Source of the DNA: a virus
Taxonomy: Duplodnaviria > Caudoviricetes
Virus record (IMG/VR): IMGVR_UViG_3300015606_001334
Span: 96,001 to 160,000 of that record
Strand: one strand, 5' to 3'
Length of the DNA: 64,000 nucleotides
Numbering within the stretch: position 1 is the stretch's first letter; the number at the start of each line of letters is the position of its first letter. Both the position numbers and the translations under genes were made by a program. Shown in pieces: positions 39,419-48,504 of this stretch. Under the pieces are notes generated by a model. The model saw only the letters and a list, made by a program, of their open reading frames with translations, was not told where the DNA came from and ran no database searches.

Positions 39419-40233
39419 TTTTTACATGCTGAAATGAGATAGTTCTTTGAACGTTCTGGGTAGGCAGTACTAAACATTGCCATGAAGAATCCATAAGAGA
39501 ACCTTCTAGTCAAGTCGCTCAATGGCTTTTCTTGTTCTGACGGATTATCAAGATCTAGCATTACAGAACGGGTGATAGCACCAAAATGATCTAGTAGGGC
39601 GAAGTTTGTTACTTCTAAAGCGTCTTTCAGTTCTTCAAAAGAGAACTCGTAAATGTGACCGTGCTTAGTGTATTGGCCACCAACTGCCTTTGAGATGAAT
39701 TCTTCTCCAAGATGCTTCTTGGGATTTGGTGCGCTTAGTACAAGGCGGCCATGATCAAACAGAAGTTTATTGCATGAATCAAGCATTCTGATTGCATCTT
39801 CTTTTCCAACATGCTCTAAAACCTGTTGGGCTGAAATGACGTCGAATTGCTCCGTTATCACATCGTGAATCGCGGCGTCATCATTGATGTCTAAGTGTAT
39901 GAGTCTAATTTCGTCGCCGTAAATACTTCTGGCATCATCTAAAGATGATTGACGAACGTCTATGCCGACATACTCGATTTCTTTAGCTTCAAAGAACTTG
40001 AAATTGTTCTTCAGAAATCCAAATAGGGTGGCATTGCTGCACCCTATGTCTAGAATTTTAATTTTTGGTTTGGAATTTGAAAAAGCCACTGCTTCAATAA
40101 TCTGACACACGAACATGTAACGAAGAACGTTACCCCAAATTCGTGGTGAATTGAAATCAAGGTGCGAATCTCTAATCAATTTGAAAAGATCTTCTGCTCC
40201 GTCAATATGTGCTCTACTGTAATCTTCTTTCAT
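39415..40233 (-). CDS. class I SAM-dependent methyltransferase
   Basis: ILDIGC, YVGID, FDVI...VLEHV, G.LVLSAPN, HIYEFS..EL. Confidence 0.88.
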   Translation of the reverse strand: MKEDYSRAHIDGAEDLFKLIRDSHLDFNSPRIWGNVLRYMFVCQIIEAVAFSNSKPKIKILDIGCSNATLFGFLKNNFKFFEAKEIEYVGIDVRQSSLDDARSIYGDEIRLIHLDINDDAAIHDVITEQFDVISAQQVLEHVGKEDAIRMLDSCNKLLFDHGRLVLSAPNPKKHLGEEFISKAVGGQYTKHGHIYEFSFEELKDALEVTNFALLDHFGAITRSVMLDLDNPSEQEKPLSDLTRRFSYGFFMAMFSTAYPERSKNYLISACKK

Positions 40234-40278
40234 ACAAGCTCAATTCTCTTTAAAGGAGTATTTATCCTTTTGCGATTT

Positions 40279-40481
40279 CATACTTTAGCGTTCTGATGCT
40301 CGCTTTCCTGACTCAAGGATAATGTCCAATCGTCCGCCGTACTAGCGAGATTTCTCCTTGCTTAAGGGAGCAACGGTTTTAAGAGGTTAAGCGGACCTCT
40401 TCTTTGTGCCGTTCTTTTAGATTTGCCTTCAATTGTAATAACATCCGAAGATGCCTGGCTACATCAGAACGCTTAAGTATG
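40279..40481 (-). ncRNA. unknown structured RNA (~200 nt)
   Basis: long terminal stem AGCGTTCTGATG/CATCAGAACGCT; loop GTCCGC complementary to downstream GCGGAC (possible pseudoknot). Confidence 0.6.
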
Positions 40482-40504
40482 AATAGTCAATCATTACAAT
40501 TGAC

Positions 40505-40649
40505 TGGTGGAGCCGACGGGTCTCGAACCACGTACGTCGCAAGGACACCGGTTTTACCTTAGATAACCATTTTCTGTCGGCTTATTTCTAAGCAAAAGTT
40601 TGAAAACGACTTTTTTGACCGGCGCGTCTACCAATTTCGCCACGACTCC
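40505..40649 (-). ncRNA. Leu-type tRNA scaffold with GGTTATC module in the anticodon arm
   Basis: Leu-type D arm and variable arm, T arm, CCA; CCGGT[~65 nt]ACCGG. Confidence 0.75.
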
Positions 40650-40652
40650 ATT

Positions 40653-40770
40653 CGGTGGGGAGGAGTGGGTTTGAACCACTGACCTTCAGCGGAATACTGA
40701 TCACCTCAAGGCGGCCGCCAGATGAATGTTCTTCCAAACGCTGATGCTCTACCAACTGAGCTACCTCCCC
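40653..40770 (-). ncRNA. tRNA scaffold with anticodon loop replaced by a ~50-nt extension
   Basis: canonical acceptor, D and T arms; TCAGC[...]GCTGA. Confidence 0.7.
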
Positions 40771-40980
40771 AAATTCTCGCACAAGACCATATTTCGTCTA
40801 GAGCGGCTACACCCCAGCTTTATTTTTGGTTACCTGCCAGGTATACGAGAAAGTAAACAATCTTAGCTTGCCTGCAAATCCTGAGAAGGAATTTATCGGT
40901 TTTACCAGCAGTCTATCGCTATTCACGGGTTGTCTCGTTTACTGTTTTAAGTAGCTATTACACTACCCCGTTAGATTGTT

Positions 40981-41057
40981 TGGTGGGAATCCTGGGACTC
41001 GAACCCAGAACCTTCTGCTTAAGAGGCAGATACTCTAACCAATTGAGTTAGATTCCC
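40981..41057 (-). tRNA. tRNA-Lys(CTT)
   Basis: TCTGC CTCTTAA GCAGA, CCA. Confidence 0.92.
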
Positions 41058-41064
41058 GAATTAC

Positions 41065-41346
41065 TTAGGCGTAAACACGTGTGATGTAATTCAAAATGTT
41101 CACCATACCTTCGTAGGACATTTTACCTTCAACGTGTTGTTCAAAAATTTGACGGCGTTTTACGCCTTGTTCGTCAAGGGAACGGATAAGTTGAACTTCT
41201 TCAAACGTCAACTTCCGGTTCTTGTTTGCCTTCGGCTTTTCAGCCTTATCTTTTGCTTTTTCGCCTTGGTTACGGCCAGTTGCCATACCACGAAAACCGC
41301 GAGAAGCAGTAGAAGCCAAACCCATACCAATGAAGAACATAGACAT
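41065..41346 (-). CDS. small basic DNA-binding-like protein
   Basis: RKLTFEEVQLIR helix motif; RBS and early promoter. Confidence 0.65.
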   Translation of the reverse strand: MSMFFIGMGLASTASRGFRGMATGRNQGEKAKDKAEKPKANKNRKLTFEEVQLIRSLDEQGVKRRQIFEQHVEGKMSYEGMVNILNYITRVYA

Positions 41347-41430
41347 TTTTAACTCCTTGTTATGATTTACTACAAGGAGAATTATATTTCAATTTTCAAT
41401 TTTTGTAAACTGAAATTGAAAATTTGTTTT

Positions 41431-41558
41431 TGGTTGAGGCGGAAGGAATCGAACCTTCTCTAGTCGGATATGAGTCGAGATAACCATCCACGAGCGGCGT
41501 ATCTCTACGCAAAAGTTGCAGGCGATGTTTTCCTGTGCTGCCAGTACACTACGCCTCA
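41431..41558 (-). ncRNA. tRNA(CAT) scaffold with GGTTATC module inserted in the 5' strand of the anticodon stem
   Basis: TGAGGCG/CGCCTCA-ACCA; ...GGATGGTTATC TCGA CTCATAT. Confidence 0.75.
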
Positions 41559-42097
41559 ATTGAACTACAATTATCAAAATGCCATCTCATCATGACATTT
41601 CTTGCACCCTCTTTACCGCAATGAGGACACTTGATCTTTTCCCTGATTTTACCAAGGTTTTTCTTACCACCGGATGAACAATTAGGATGCTGACTAATTT
41701 TCTTTTTCGTTTCCATTGGCATTTCAAATTTTCCATTCGGACCATTTTTAATGCCGCCAATACGAGAAAAATAATCTTCACCGTACTTCTTTTTCATTGT
41801 TTCTTTTCGTTTATGTCCATCTTCATTCCATCCACCTAACGTTTCAGGAATTAGATTTGCCCAGAGTTCTGACTTAACTATGTTATTGTCATCACTAAAC
41901 TGACGGGCAATTCTTGCACATTCTTCGCGATCCTCGTAGGATCCAATAACTTCAGTAGAAACATCGTTACCAAATTCGTTAAGATGCTTACACCAGTTTT
42001 TACCTGATCCACGGTATTTCATTGGATCATGGGTAGTCTTTCCGAAATACTTAAGACCTGTTTTATTATGGGTCTTAACGTAAAGAAAGATCATCAA
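41549..42097 (-). CDS. GIY-YIG-like homing endonuclease
   Basis: LYVKTH..TGLKYFGKT..Y.GSG; C-terminal CPHCGK.G..RWHFDNC. Confidence 0.82.
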   Translation of the reverse strand: MMIFLYVKTHNKTGLKYFGKTTHDPMKYRGSGKNWCKHLNEFGNDVSTEVIGSYEDREECARIARQFSDDNNIVKSELWANLIPETLGGWNEDGHKRKETMKKKYGEDYFSRIGGIKNGPNGKFEMPMETKKKISQHPNCSSGGKKNLGKIREKIKCPHCGKEGARNVMMRWHFDNCSSIEA

Positions 42098-42411
42098 TTA
42101 ATTCCCATCTTCTTTACTAGCAAAACGTCTTGTAGATGCTCAAGCGATTCGAATGCATCCATCAATGTCAAAGCCTTTTCAACTGTGTTGTTACGACGAC
42201 GCATTTTGCGAAGTTCACTAATAGTATCTTCTTCGTCCTCGTCAATAAATGCTTTTTCGAAATGCTCAAAAATTCTATCTACACATGCAGCTTCAGATCC
42301 GAATACTTCCATGTTTTCGAATATGTCGTCATCGGCAAATTGACCATTGTTAAGGTCTAGCACGATGATCCAAACATCGCCAGCTGATTCAAAAAGAGTT
42401 TGAAGTCTCAT
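42094..42411 (-). CDS. putative internal protein
   Basis: MRLQTLFESA leader; TAAATA upstream. Confidence 0.6.
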   Translation of the reverse strand: MRLQTLFESAGDVWIIVLDLNNGQFADDDIFENMEVFGSEAACVDRIFEHFEKAFIDEDEEDTISELRKMRRRNNTVEKALTLMDAFESLEHLQDVLLVKKMGIN

Positions 42412-42443
42412 TTTACACCTCTTAAAGAGGTTATTTATTACTT

Positions 42444-42623
42444 TGGTACCCCAAGTAGGATTCGAACCTACGACCTATCGGTTAAATACCGATTGCTCTA
42501 CGTTTTTGGGCTGGCTTTATTACCTACTTTGACGTCATTTTCGGAAACCAAAGACAGCTTAAACGAAAGACTTTGACGAGTTAGCTAATCTCGCCGTTTC
42601 CTTTGCCACTGAGCTATTAGGGT
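42444..42623 (-). ncRNA. Lys(TTT)-like tRNA with ~105-nt insertion in the D loop
   Basis: GCTCAGTGG[insert]TAGAGC; ATCGG TATTTAA CCGAT; T arm; CCA. Confidence 0.7.
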
Positions 42624-42751
42624 TGGTGCCCCGACCCGGGATCGAACCGGGATGACCGAAGTCGACAGATTTTCTTAAGCGGGCTCAGTCACTAAGTTTC
42701 AGAACCCGCTTCGTGAAAGTCTGTTGCGTCTACCAATTTCGCCATCGGGGC
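42624..42751 (-). ncRNA. tRNA-Leu(TAA) with ~43-nt hairpin inserted in the anticodon
   Basis: ACAGA CTT[TCACG..TTAAG]AAAA TCTGT; Leu body, CCA. Confidence 0.75.
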
Positions 42752-43024
42752 ATTAAAAAGCTAAGCTAAGAGTGATAGTGATTTCAATCTTCTTGTGTTC
42801 ACGTGCATCGTCAGGCTTATTCAACTCTTTGTGTTCAATAGCTTTATCAATAACTTCAGAAAGATCCTTACGGTTCTGACCTGATTTTGACTTATCTACC
42901 TTTTCTAGGTTGCCATAAATTTTCATGATTTCCTCTACTACTACTGCTTTTAAAGTAGTATTTATCGGACATAGACAAAAATCAAGAAAAAATAGGTGAA
43001 AAAGTCATTTGTTATCAATTACTT

Positions 43025-43133
43025 ATTGTTACTAAAGGCATATGTCGAAAGTAACAATTGACTTAAGACATGTATCTAAAGGCATATGCCTTTAGTAACA
43101 ATTTGACCATAAGGCATATGCCTTATGGTCAAA
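43025..43133. repeat. three tandem palindromes with core AAGGCATATGCCTT
   Basis: perfect 32-bp TTTGACCATAAGGCATATGCCTTATGGTCAAA, 20-bp CTAAAGGCATATGCCTTTAG, and an imperfect first copy. Confidence 0.85.
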
Positions 43134-43167
43134 ACTGTTGAGGAAGCGTTGCACTTCCTCTGCTGGA

Positions 43168-44064
43168 TTACTTGATCGATACCGGTGCCAGAGCTCGGGA
43201 GAGACTAGCTTCACCGCGACCATAAACTTCAGGGCGATAATTTGCAACCGTGTCGGTACGAGCAGTGGTCAACAGTTGATTGGTGATTTGCTTTGCACTT
43301 GCACCAACGAACTTACTTCCGAGGATCGCAGCATAACCATCGATGATCGGGGCTGCGAAGGAAGTTCCAGCAAGGTTAGTCGTCGTGCTAACAACGCCAA
43401 CCGAAAGAAACTTGTTTTGAACATTTACGTCAGAACCTGCGACGTTGGAGTAGCTGGTCATCGAAGCCTTGCTAGCAGTCGTTCCGTTCTTGTTGAGAGC
43501 GCCTGCAAAGATGGTCGTTTGACCACTGATCAGTGCAGATGCGAGGAAATCCTTGGTGCCGTTCTTGGTCGTTTGACCAACTGCAACGCTATCGTTACCT
43601 GCAGCCTTGACAACAATGGCAGTACCATTTTGGGCTGCTGCGATGATCGACTTTTCAGTTGCGTTGGTGATGATGTACTTTTGGTCGATCGTAGTGGGTG
43701 CGAACAGACCGTAACTTGCGTTGACGATGTTCAGCTTACCAGGTTCCAGATTGATCGCAGAACCATTCATATAACCAGTGGTGCTGATCTTCGCTTCAGG
43801 GGCAACCAAACTTGCTTCTTGAGAAACCCAGAAACCGTGACCCTTGACTTCGATGCTGTTGGTAAGACGACCAACGATCAGAGAGCGGTTGGAGAAATCA
43901 TCGACAACCAAAATGTTGGTACCTTGGCCCTTGTAACCCTGCGACCATGCAGACTTGACATCAGCATGTTCCCAGTTGGACCAGTAAGTGGGTTCGACAG
44001 CTTGAACAGAGAGGGAAGTAACTGCCAGAGCGATCATCGTGAGGGACTTATTCAGGGAGGTCAT
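43168..44064 (-). CDS. secreted subtilisin-like serine protease (S8)
   Basis: signal peptide; catalytic D (VVDD), H (GHG), oxyanion AAGND, S (GTSFAAP). Confidence 0.88.
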   Translation of the reverse strand: MTSLNKSLTMIALAVTSLSVQAVEPTYWSNWEHADVKSAWSQGYKGQGTNILVVDDFSNRSLIVGRLTNSIEVKGHGFWVSQEASLVAPEAKISTTGYMNGSAINLEPGKLNIVNASYGLFAPTTIDQKYIITNATEKSIIAAAQNGTAIVVKAAGNDSVAVGQTTKNGTKDFLASALISGQTTIFAGALNKNGTTASKASMTSYSNVAGSDVNVQNKFLSVGVVSTTTNLAGTSFAAPIIDGYAAILGSKFVGASAKQITNQLLTTARTDTVANYRPEVYGRGEASLSRALAPVSIK

Positions 44065-44136
44065 GGCTTTTCCTTTCGTTTGAATGACTACCACAATTGA
44101 AATTATATCAAAATTTCGGGAAATGTAAACAAATTT

Positions 44137-44700
44137 TCAAAAAGAATATTTGAATTGAACGCTGATAGTTTTGTAATTTACAGGGCGCTCATTCAAGTTG
44201 TACTTGAGAGTTTCAGAAGGTTGAAGCTCAGTTGCAGCCAACCGACAGTTGACTTCTTGAACTCCACCAATCTCGCCATAATCAGCAATACAGGACTTTT
44301 CCCGCAAGCGACCTCCAAATGTATAAAAACCATTCATGGAAATCGTAGCTTGCTTGTTGAAACTATGGATATAAACTGCGCCGAGCTTGAAGCTCGGATC
44401 AATTGTGTACTTAGGCGCCTTTTCACCCGTCGAAAATCCCCAAAGAATACCGAACTCCTTAGAGACTTGAGTCACATAGTCGACCTTAACATCTGTCCAC
44501 TTGGACGTATACCACTTATCAAATTTAATTTGGGAGCCAGTAGCAGATTCATAACCTGTAAAACTGGAAAGGCTGTGTGCCTTTGAGGAGAGAGGGGATC
44601 CTTGCTGGATCCCAATCAGGTAAGTATCATCGAAAAAGTCGAAGGCATTCGCATTAAACGATACCACCAAAAGCATTCCAATAATTGACTTACGCATCAT
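44137..44700 (-). CDS. secreted/outer-membrane beta-strand protein
   Basis: signal peptide; C-terminal aromatic YSF. Confidence 0.65.
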   Translation of the reverse strand: MMRKSIIGMLLVVSFNANAFDFFDDTYLIGIQQGSPLSSKAHSLSSFTGYESATGSQIKFDKWYTSKWTDVKVDYVTQVSKEFGILWGFSTGEKAPKYTIDPSFKLGAVYIHSFNKQATISMNGFYTFGGRLREKSCIADYGEIGGVQEVNCRLAATELQPSETLKYNLNERPVNYKTISVQFKYSF

Positions 44701-44758
44701 GATAATTCTCCGTCTATGATTGAATTATATCACAAACCGAAAGAATGTAAACAAAATT

Positions 44759-44834
44759 TGGAGCGGGCAGCGAGTCTCGAACTCGCGACCTTCTGCTTGG
44801 CAAGCAGATGTTCTACCAACTGAACTATGCCCGC
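44759..44834 (-). tRNA. tRNA-Gly(GCC)
   Basis: TCTGC TTGCCAA GCAGA, CCA. Confidence 0.92.
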
Positions 44835-45011
44835 GTATAAGCTGTTGTTTTACTGCCTAGGAGGTCAAATCTCCCATGGATATGTACTCGTTCGGTCATG
44901 ACTCCGACTATCCTACATAACTCTAACCTTTCAATCAATAGTTTCCTAGGACAATTGATAACTCTGGCTAGCAAGGTGTTCCCACTGAAGGGTCACTATA
45001 CAACAACTTAA

Positions 45012-45152
45012 GGTCTCCCTGGATGGACTCGAACCATCGGCCCCCATAATTCCGCAGCTTAAGATGAGTTGCTACCCATCTCCGAAAATTCCATTTCGAT
45101 TTGGTCCTTTACCATGAGCGGTGGAGAGCTCTACCAACTGAGCTACAGGAAG
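45012..45152 (-). ncRNA. tRNA scaffold with ~70-nt structured anticodon replacement
   Basis: canonical D arm AGCTCAGTTGGTAGAGC and T arm GATGG TTCGAGT CCATC. Confidence 0.65.
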
Positions 45153-45154
45153 AT

Positions 45155-45514
45155 TTACATTTGCGAAGAAACCCACCTTCGGACTTCTTCAATCTTGAAC
45201 GGCTTAACGAAGTATCGATCGGCCTGTCTTTCTACTAAAGCTAGAATATTTTGCTCTTCTGGATCTTTTCCAGACATGAGAGCTATCTTAACGTCATCAA
45301 AATCCTTAAAGGACTTTATTGCGGCGAGTGTTTGATAGCCATTCATTTTGGGCATCATCAGATCAAGCAGGATCACCTTTGGTTTTACTTGGCATAAGAT
45401 TTCTAATGCTTCCAATCCATCTTTAGCCTGGATCACCTCATACTGCTTCTCAAGTATTGCTTGTAGTAATCTGCGAACATGCGGATTATCGTCTATGATT
45501 AGGACCGTTCCCAT
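45155..45514 (-). CDS. single-domain response regulator (receiver)
   Basis: LIIDD, LLDLMMPKMNG, MSG, VKPF; start MGTVL at 45514 (the longer ORF overlaps a tRNA). Confidence 0.88.
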   Translation of the reverse strand: MGTVLIIDDNPHVRRLLQAILEKQYEVIQAKDGLEALEILCQVKPKVILLDLMMPKMNGYQTLAAIKSFKDFDDVKIALMSGKDPEEQNILALVERQADRYFVKPFKIEEVRRWVSSQM

Positions 45515-45531
45515 AATATTTCCTATTGGCT

Positions 45532-45616
45532 TGGTGCCCAGGGTGGGACTCGAACCCACACGCCTTTCGGCACTGGCTTCTAAGACCAGCGCGTCTACCA
45601 ATTCCGCCACCTGGGC
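45532..45616 (-). tRNA. tRNA-Leu(TAG)
   Basis: loop CTTAGAA, long variable arm. Confidence 0.92.
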
Positions 45617-45716
45617 ATTTGATGGTATCAACTAACTTTTCGATCGCATTGTCCGTCTCTCCTATGCTCGAATACCTAAAGTACGGACTTTCTATCATGA
45701 CATCGTTTCAACCATC

Positions 45717-45792
45717 TGGTGGGACTTGACGGGTTCGAACCGCCGACCCTCTCCTTGTAAGGGAGACGCTCTACCAACTGAGCTAAAGTCCC
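45717..45792 (-). tRNA. tRNA-Val(TAC)
   Basis: loop CTTACAA. Confidence 0.93.
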
Positions 45793-45912
45793 AAGATTTA
45801 GAACTTTTCCAAGCGTTACCAAGGATTCTCTTCGAGGATTCTCCACATACCCGTTAATAGATATGCTTCAAATTGTTCTACCCCTAGTTGGGAATCTACC
45901 CAACACGGATAC

Positions 45913-45985
45913 TGGAGCGGGCGACGAGATTCGAACTCGCCTGTTCCGGCTTGGAAGGCCAGACGTTCTCCAGTTGACCGCCCGC
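45913..45985 (-). tRNA. tRNA-Gly(TCC), atypical D arm
   Basis: loop CTTCCAA, U73. Confidence 0.75.
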
Positions 45986-45989
45986 ATAA

Positions 45990-46096
45990 GACTAACAAAA
46001 GTAGAAATTGACTAAAGTTGCATCCAGCATTCAAGAGGAGAATCGAACTCCTAACTCCATTTTCGCAGAATAGATAACCAATTTCAAGCGGTTAGC
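45990..46096 (-). ncRNA. GGTTATC-module permuted tRNA mimic (GCG loop, T arm)
   Basis: CTAACCG..GAAATTGGTTATC; ATT CTGCGAA AAT; AGGAG TTCGATT CTCCT. Confidence 0.7.
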
Positions 46097-46098
46097 TT

Positions 46099-46174
46099 TG
46101 GCTCTGTAGGGTGGGCTCGAACCACCGACCGACGGATTAACAGTCCGTTGCTCTACCAACTGAGCTACTACAGA
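46099..46174 (-). tRNA. tRNA-Asn(GTT)
   Basis: ACGGA CTGTTAA TCCGT. Confidence 0.92.
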
Positions 46175-46211
46175 ATAGAAAGGAACTTTGTTAAGAGTTC
46201 CTTTTTGTTAA

Positions 46212-46481
46212 TTAAGCGCTTTCAGAGCCGCTCTTAACGAATGCATCTAGCGACTTTTGAGCTGCTTCGCTAAATGGGGTGACTTCGATTACTTGAGACC
46301 AAGTAACTGCACCAAGATCAACAGATTCACCAACTGCAACGGTGACTTCGTCGAATGGATAAGAAGTCTTATCAGCTTCGTCGACTACTGGACCGTCGCC
46401 GTTTGCGACGTTGTAAACCTTACCAGACTTTTTGAATTGAACCTTGACTGGATTTTGTGCTTCGTTTTTGAAAACAGACAT
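46212..46481 (-). CDS. hypothetical late protein
   Basis: AGGAGA RBS, TATAAATA upstream, terminator downstream. Confidence 0.65.
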   Translation of the reverse strand: MSVFKNEAQNPVKVQFKKSGKVYNVANGDGPVVDEADKTSYPFDEVTVAVGESVDLGAVTWSQVIEVTPFSEAAQKSLDAFVKSGSESA

Positions 46482-46554
46482 TTTATTTCTCCTATAAGAA
46501 AACAACATGTTGTGGGTAACCAACAATGCTATTTATATTTTTCGGAGATTCATT

Positions 46555-46630
46555 TGGTGCCCCAGGACTAGAATTGAACTGTCGACCCCTTCCTTACAAG
46601 GGAAGTGCTCTACCACTGAGCTACAAGGGC
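46555..46630 (-). tRNA. tRNA-Thr(TGT)
   Basis: CTTCC CTTGTAA GGAAG. Confidence 0.88.
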
Positions 46631-46706
46631 ATTTGCGATTTAAACCTTGAAGGCCTCCATTTCTGGACGTTACTACAAACCTTAAGATGACGCATGAGTT
46701 ATTTAT

Positions 46707-46791
46707 TGGTGCCCATCGCCGGACTCGAACCGGCACTCCTTTCGGAAGTAGATTTTGAGTCTACCGCGTCTACCAATTCCGCCAGACGGGC
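46707..46791 (-). tRNA. tRNA-Leu(CAA)
   Basis: GTAGA CTCAAAA TCTAC. Confidence 0.92.
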
Positions 46792-46923
46792 AAGGCGTTT
46801 ACTTAACCGTATGATCCAAGATGCCATCCTTCAAAGGTGGCCTATGTCAGTCACGATTTCTACGGTCTTCTCTGACTCAGCTGTCATACTCACTGCAGAA
46901 TTTTGTATGACAAACAAGTAAAC

Positions 46924-46998
46924 TGGTGCCCAAGGTTGGAATCGAACCTACGACCTCTTTCGTACCAAGAAAGCGTTCTACCACTGAACTACGAGGGC
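46924..46998 (-). tRNA. tRNA-Thr(GGT)
   Basis: CTTTC TTGGTAC GAAAG. Confidence 0.9.
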
Positions 46999-47008
46999 AT
47001 AAAATGTT

Positions 47009-47095
47009 TGGTGCTCTAGGAGGGACTCGAACCCTCACGTCCTTTCGGACACAACGACCTCAACGTTGCGCGTCTACCAATTCCGCCACCAGAGC
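47009..47095 (-). tRNA. tRNA-Leu(GAG)
   Basis: CAACG TTGAGGT CGTTG. Confidence 0.92.
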
Positions 47096-47099
47096 ATTT

Positions 47100-47202
47100 T
47101 GGCCCATCGCGAAGGATTTGAACCTTCATTTAACCTGGACGGAATCGAACCGTCTCGTTGGGATTCGCGCGAATAGTACCCAGGGAACCAACCCACGATG
47201 GA
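47100..47202 (-). ncRNA. tRNA-like RNA with two T arms
   Basis: GACGG TTCGATT CCGTC and GAAGG TTCAAAT CCTTC inside a CCATCG/CGATGG acceptor ending GCCA. Confidence 0.55.
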
Positions 47203-47515
47203 TGGTGGAAACTGGCGAGGGGCTCATTCCCCACAACCTTCCAATCACGAAGTCTTATTAAGCTACAACACTCCACTTAATGGACTGGCCGGTCCAAGAA
47301 GCTTCATCATGTTGGGAGGACTTGTTTCCTCCACCTCGGCGTCTTCTGAGCTATAATAATTTATTAGAGCTACCACCTTGGAGCGCTCTCGAATGCATGG
47401 TATCCAGCCCCTACATTCTACACTCTTCTGCTTTAGACTCCGTGACCTACTCAGTACCAATGGCTGGCCCATTGTACTTTTATCCCGAAGAACGGATATA
47501 ATCAGTCACAGTTTC

Positions 47516-47595
47516 CGGCGCTGAAGGTAGGATTCGAACCTACAACCCCCACACAATGAGGCAGGAGCTCTTACCAAACGAGACTTACATCAGCA
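47516..47595 (-). tRNA. atypical or pseudo tRNA (CAT-containing 8-nt loop)
   Basis: good T arm and acceptor; irregular D and anticodon arms. Confidence 0.45.
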
Positions 47596-47715
47596 AAATC
47601 GAAAGGTATCAGTTACCAGGCTGATCTTTATTCATTAGTTCAGCATCTCTCGCATCCACTTTTTCAGGGGAGAGCAACCTTCCTAACTATTCGCCTAAAT
47701 TTCTTAGGACCTTTC

Positions 47716-47800
47716 TGGTGCCCTGGGAGGGACTCGAACCCACACGCCTTGCGGCGCCAGAACCTAAATCTGGTGCGTCTACCAATTTCGCCACCAGGGC
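47716..47800 (-). tRNA. tRNA-Leu(TAG)
   Basis: CCAGA TTTAGGT TCTGG. Confidence 0.92.
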
Positions 47801-47876
47801 AATTCATTATGGCTAACTTCGGATCCTTGGCCTTCGGCGTTCTAGTAGTTAGCAACGTACCCGTCATAATGAAATT

Positions 47877-47962
47877 TGGAGCGCAGGGTGTGATTCGAAC
47901 ACACGTGGGATTTCTCCGAGAGGTTTGCAATCTCCCGCCTTCGACCGCTTGGCTACCTGCGC
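47877..47962 (-). tRNA. tRNA-Cys(GCA) with long variable arm
   Basis: loop TTGCAAA, U73, variable arm CGGAGAAATCCC. Confidence 0.8.
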
Positions 47963-48243
47963 AAAGTGTACGTGGTGACTAGCCTTAAGTATCATGCCTG
48001 ATACAATTGGTGCCGTACGAACCATTCGTAATTTTTACATCTTCGATCAGATGGCTACCATCAGCGGTTTGCCTTTCTGCCAGTCGAATAACCCAGAGAT
48101 TGGTCAAATGGGCTTCTTTTGATTATCGATTCACGAAGAGAAAAACGGCTTTCATACGATGCAAGCAGCACGCCTAGCGACTCAGTCCTAGGAGAGGTCC
48201 CTTAACCTGGAAATCTAGGAGATTCACTTAGTCAAAATGAATC

Positions 48244-48321
48244 TGGCCTCGCGAGAGGGATTCGAACCCCCGACCCGCTGCTTAGAAGGCAGCTGCTCTA
48301 GTCCAACTGAGCTACCGCGAG
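48244..48321 (-). tRNA. tRNA-Arg(TCT)
   Basis: GCTGC CTTCTAA GCAGC. Confidence 0.92.
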
Positions 48322-48504
48322 AAAAACAATTCTTAGCCCTGGAATTACTTATGAGAATCCGCATAGTTCCAGTTTAACGGCCCTCACTAAGAATTGGGCG
48401 CATATGGAGATCATTGAAATCGTCTATCACCGTGCTTAGTTTCGTACTGAAGCGTACGTCTTTAGACTTATCGGCACCGTCACCCTTCCGGCTCATATGC
48501 GTAG

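Noticed and set aside
42520-42606. c-di-GMP riboswitch inside the D-loop insert
   Set aside because: Only partial resemblance (GGCAAA, GGAAAC); the full P1/P2/P3 consensus could not be assembled by eye
47279-47473. RNase P RNA (GAGGAAACAAGTCC resembles GAGGAAAGTCC)
   Set aside because: The motif is interrupted, lies late in the RNA, and no matching 3' P4 strand (AACAGAA..CGGCTTA) was found
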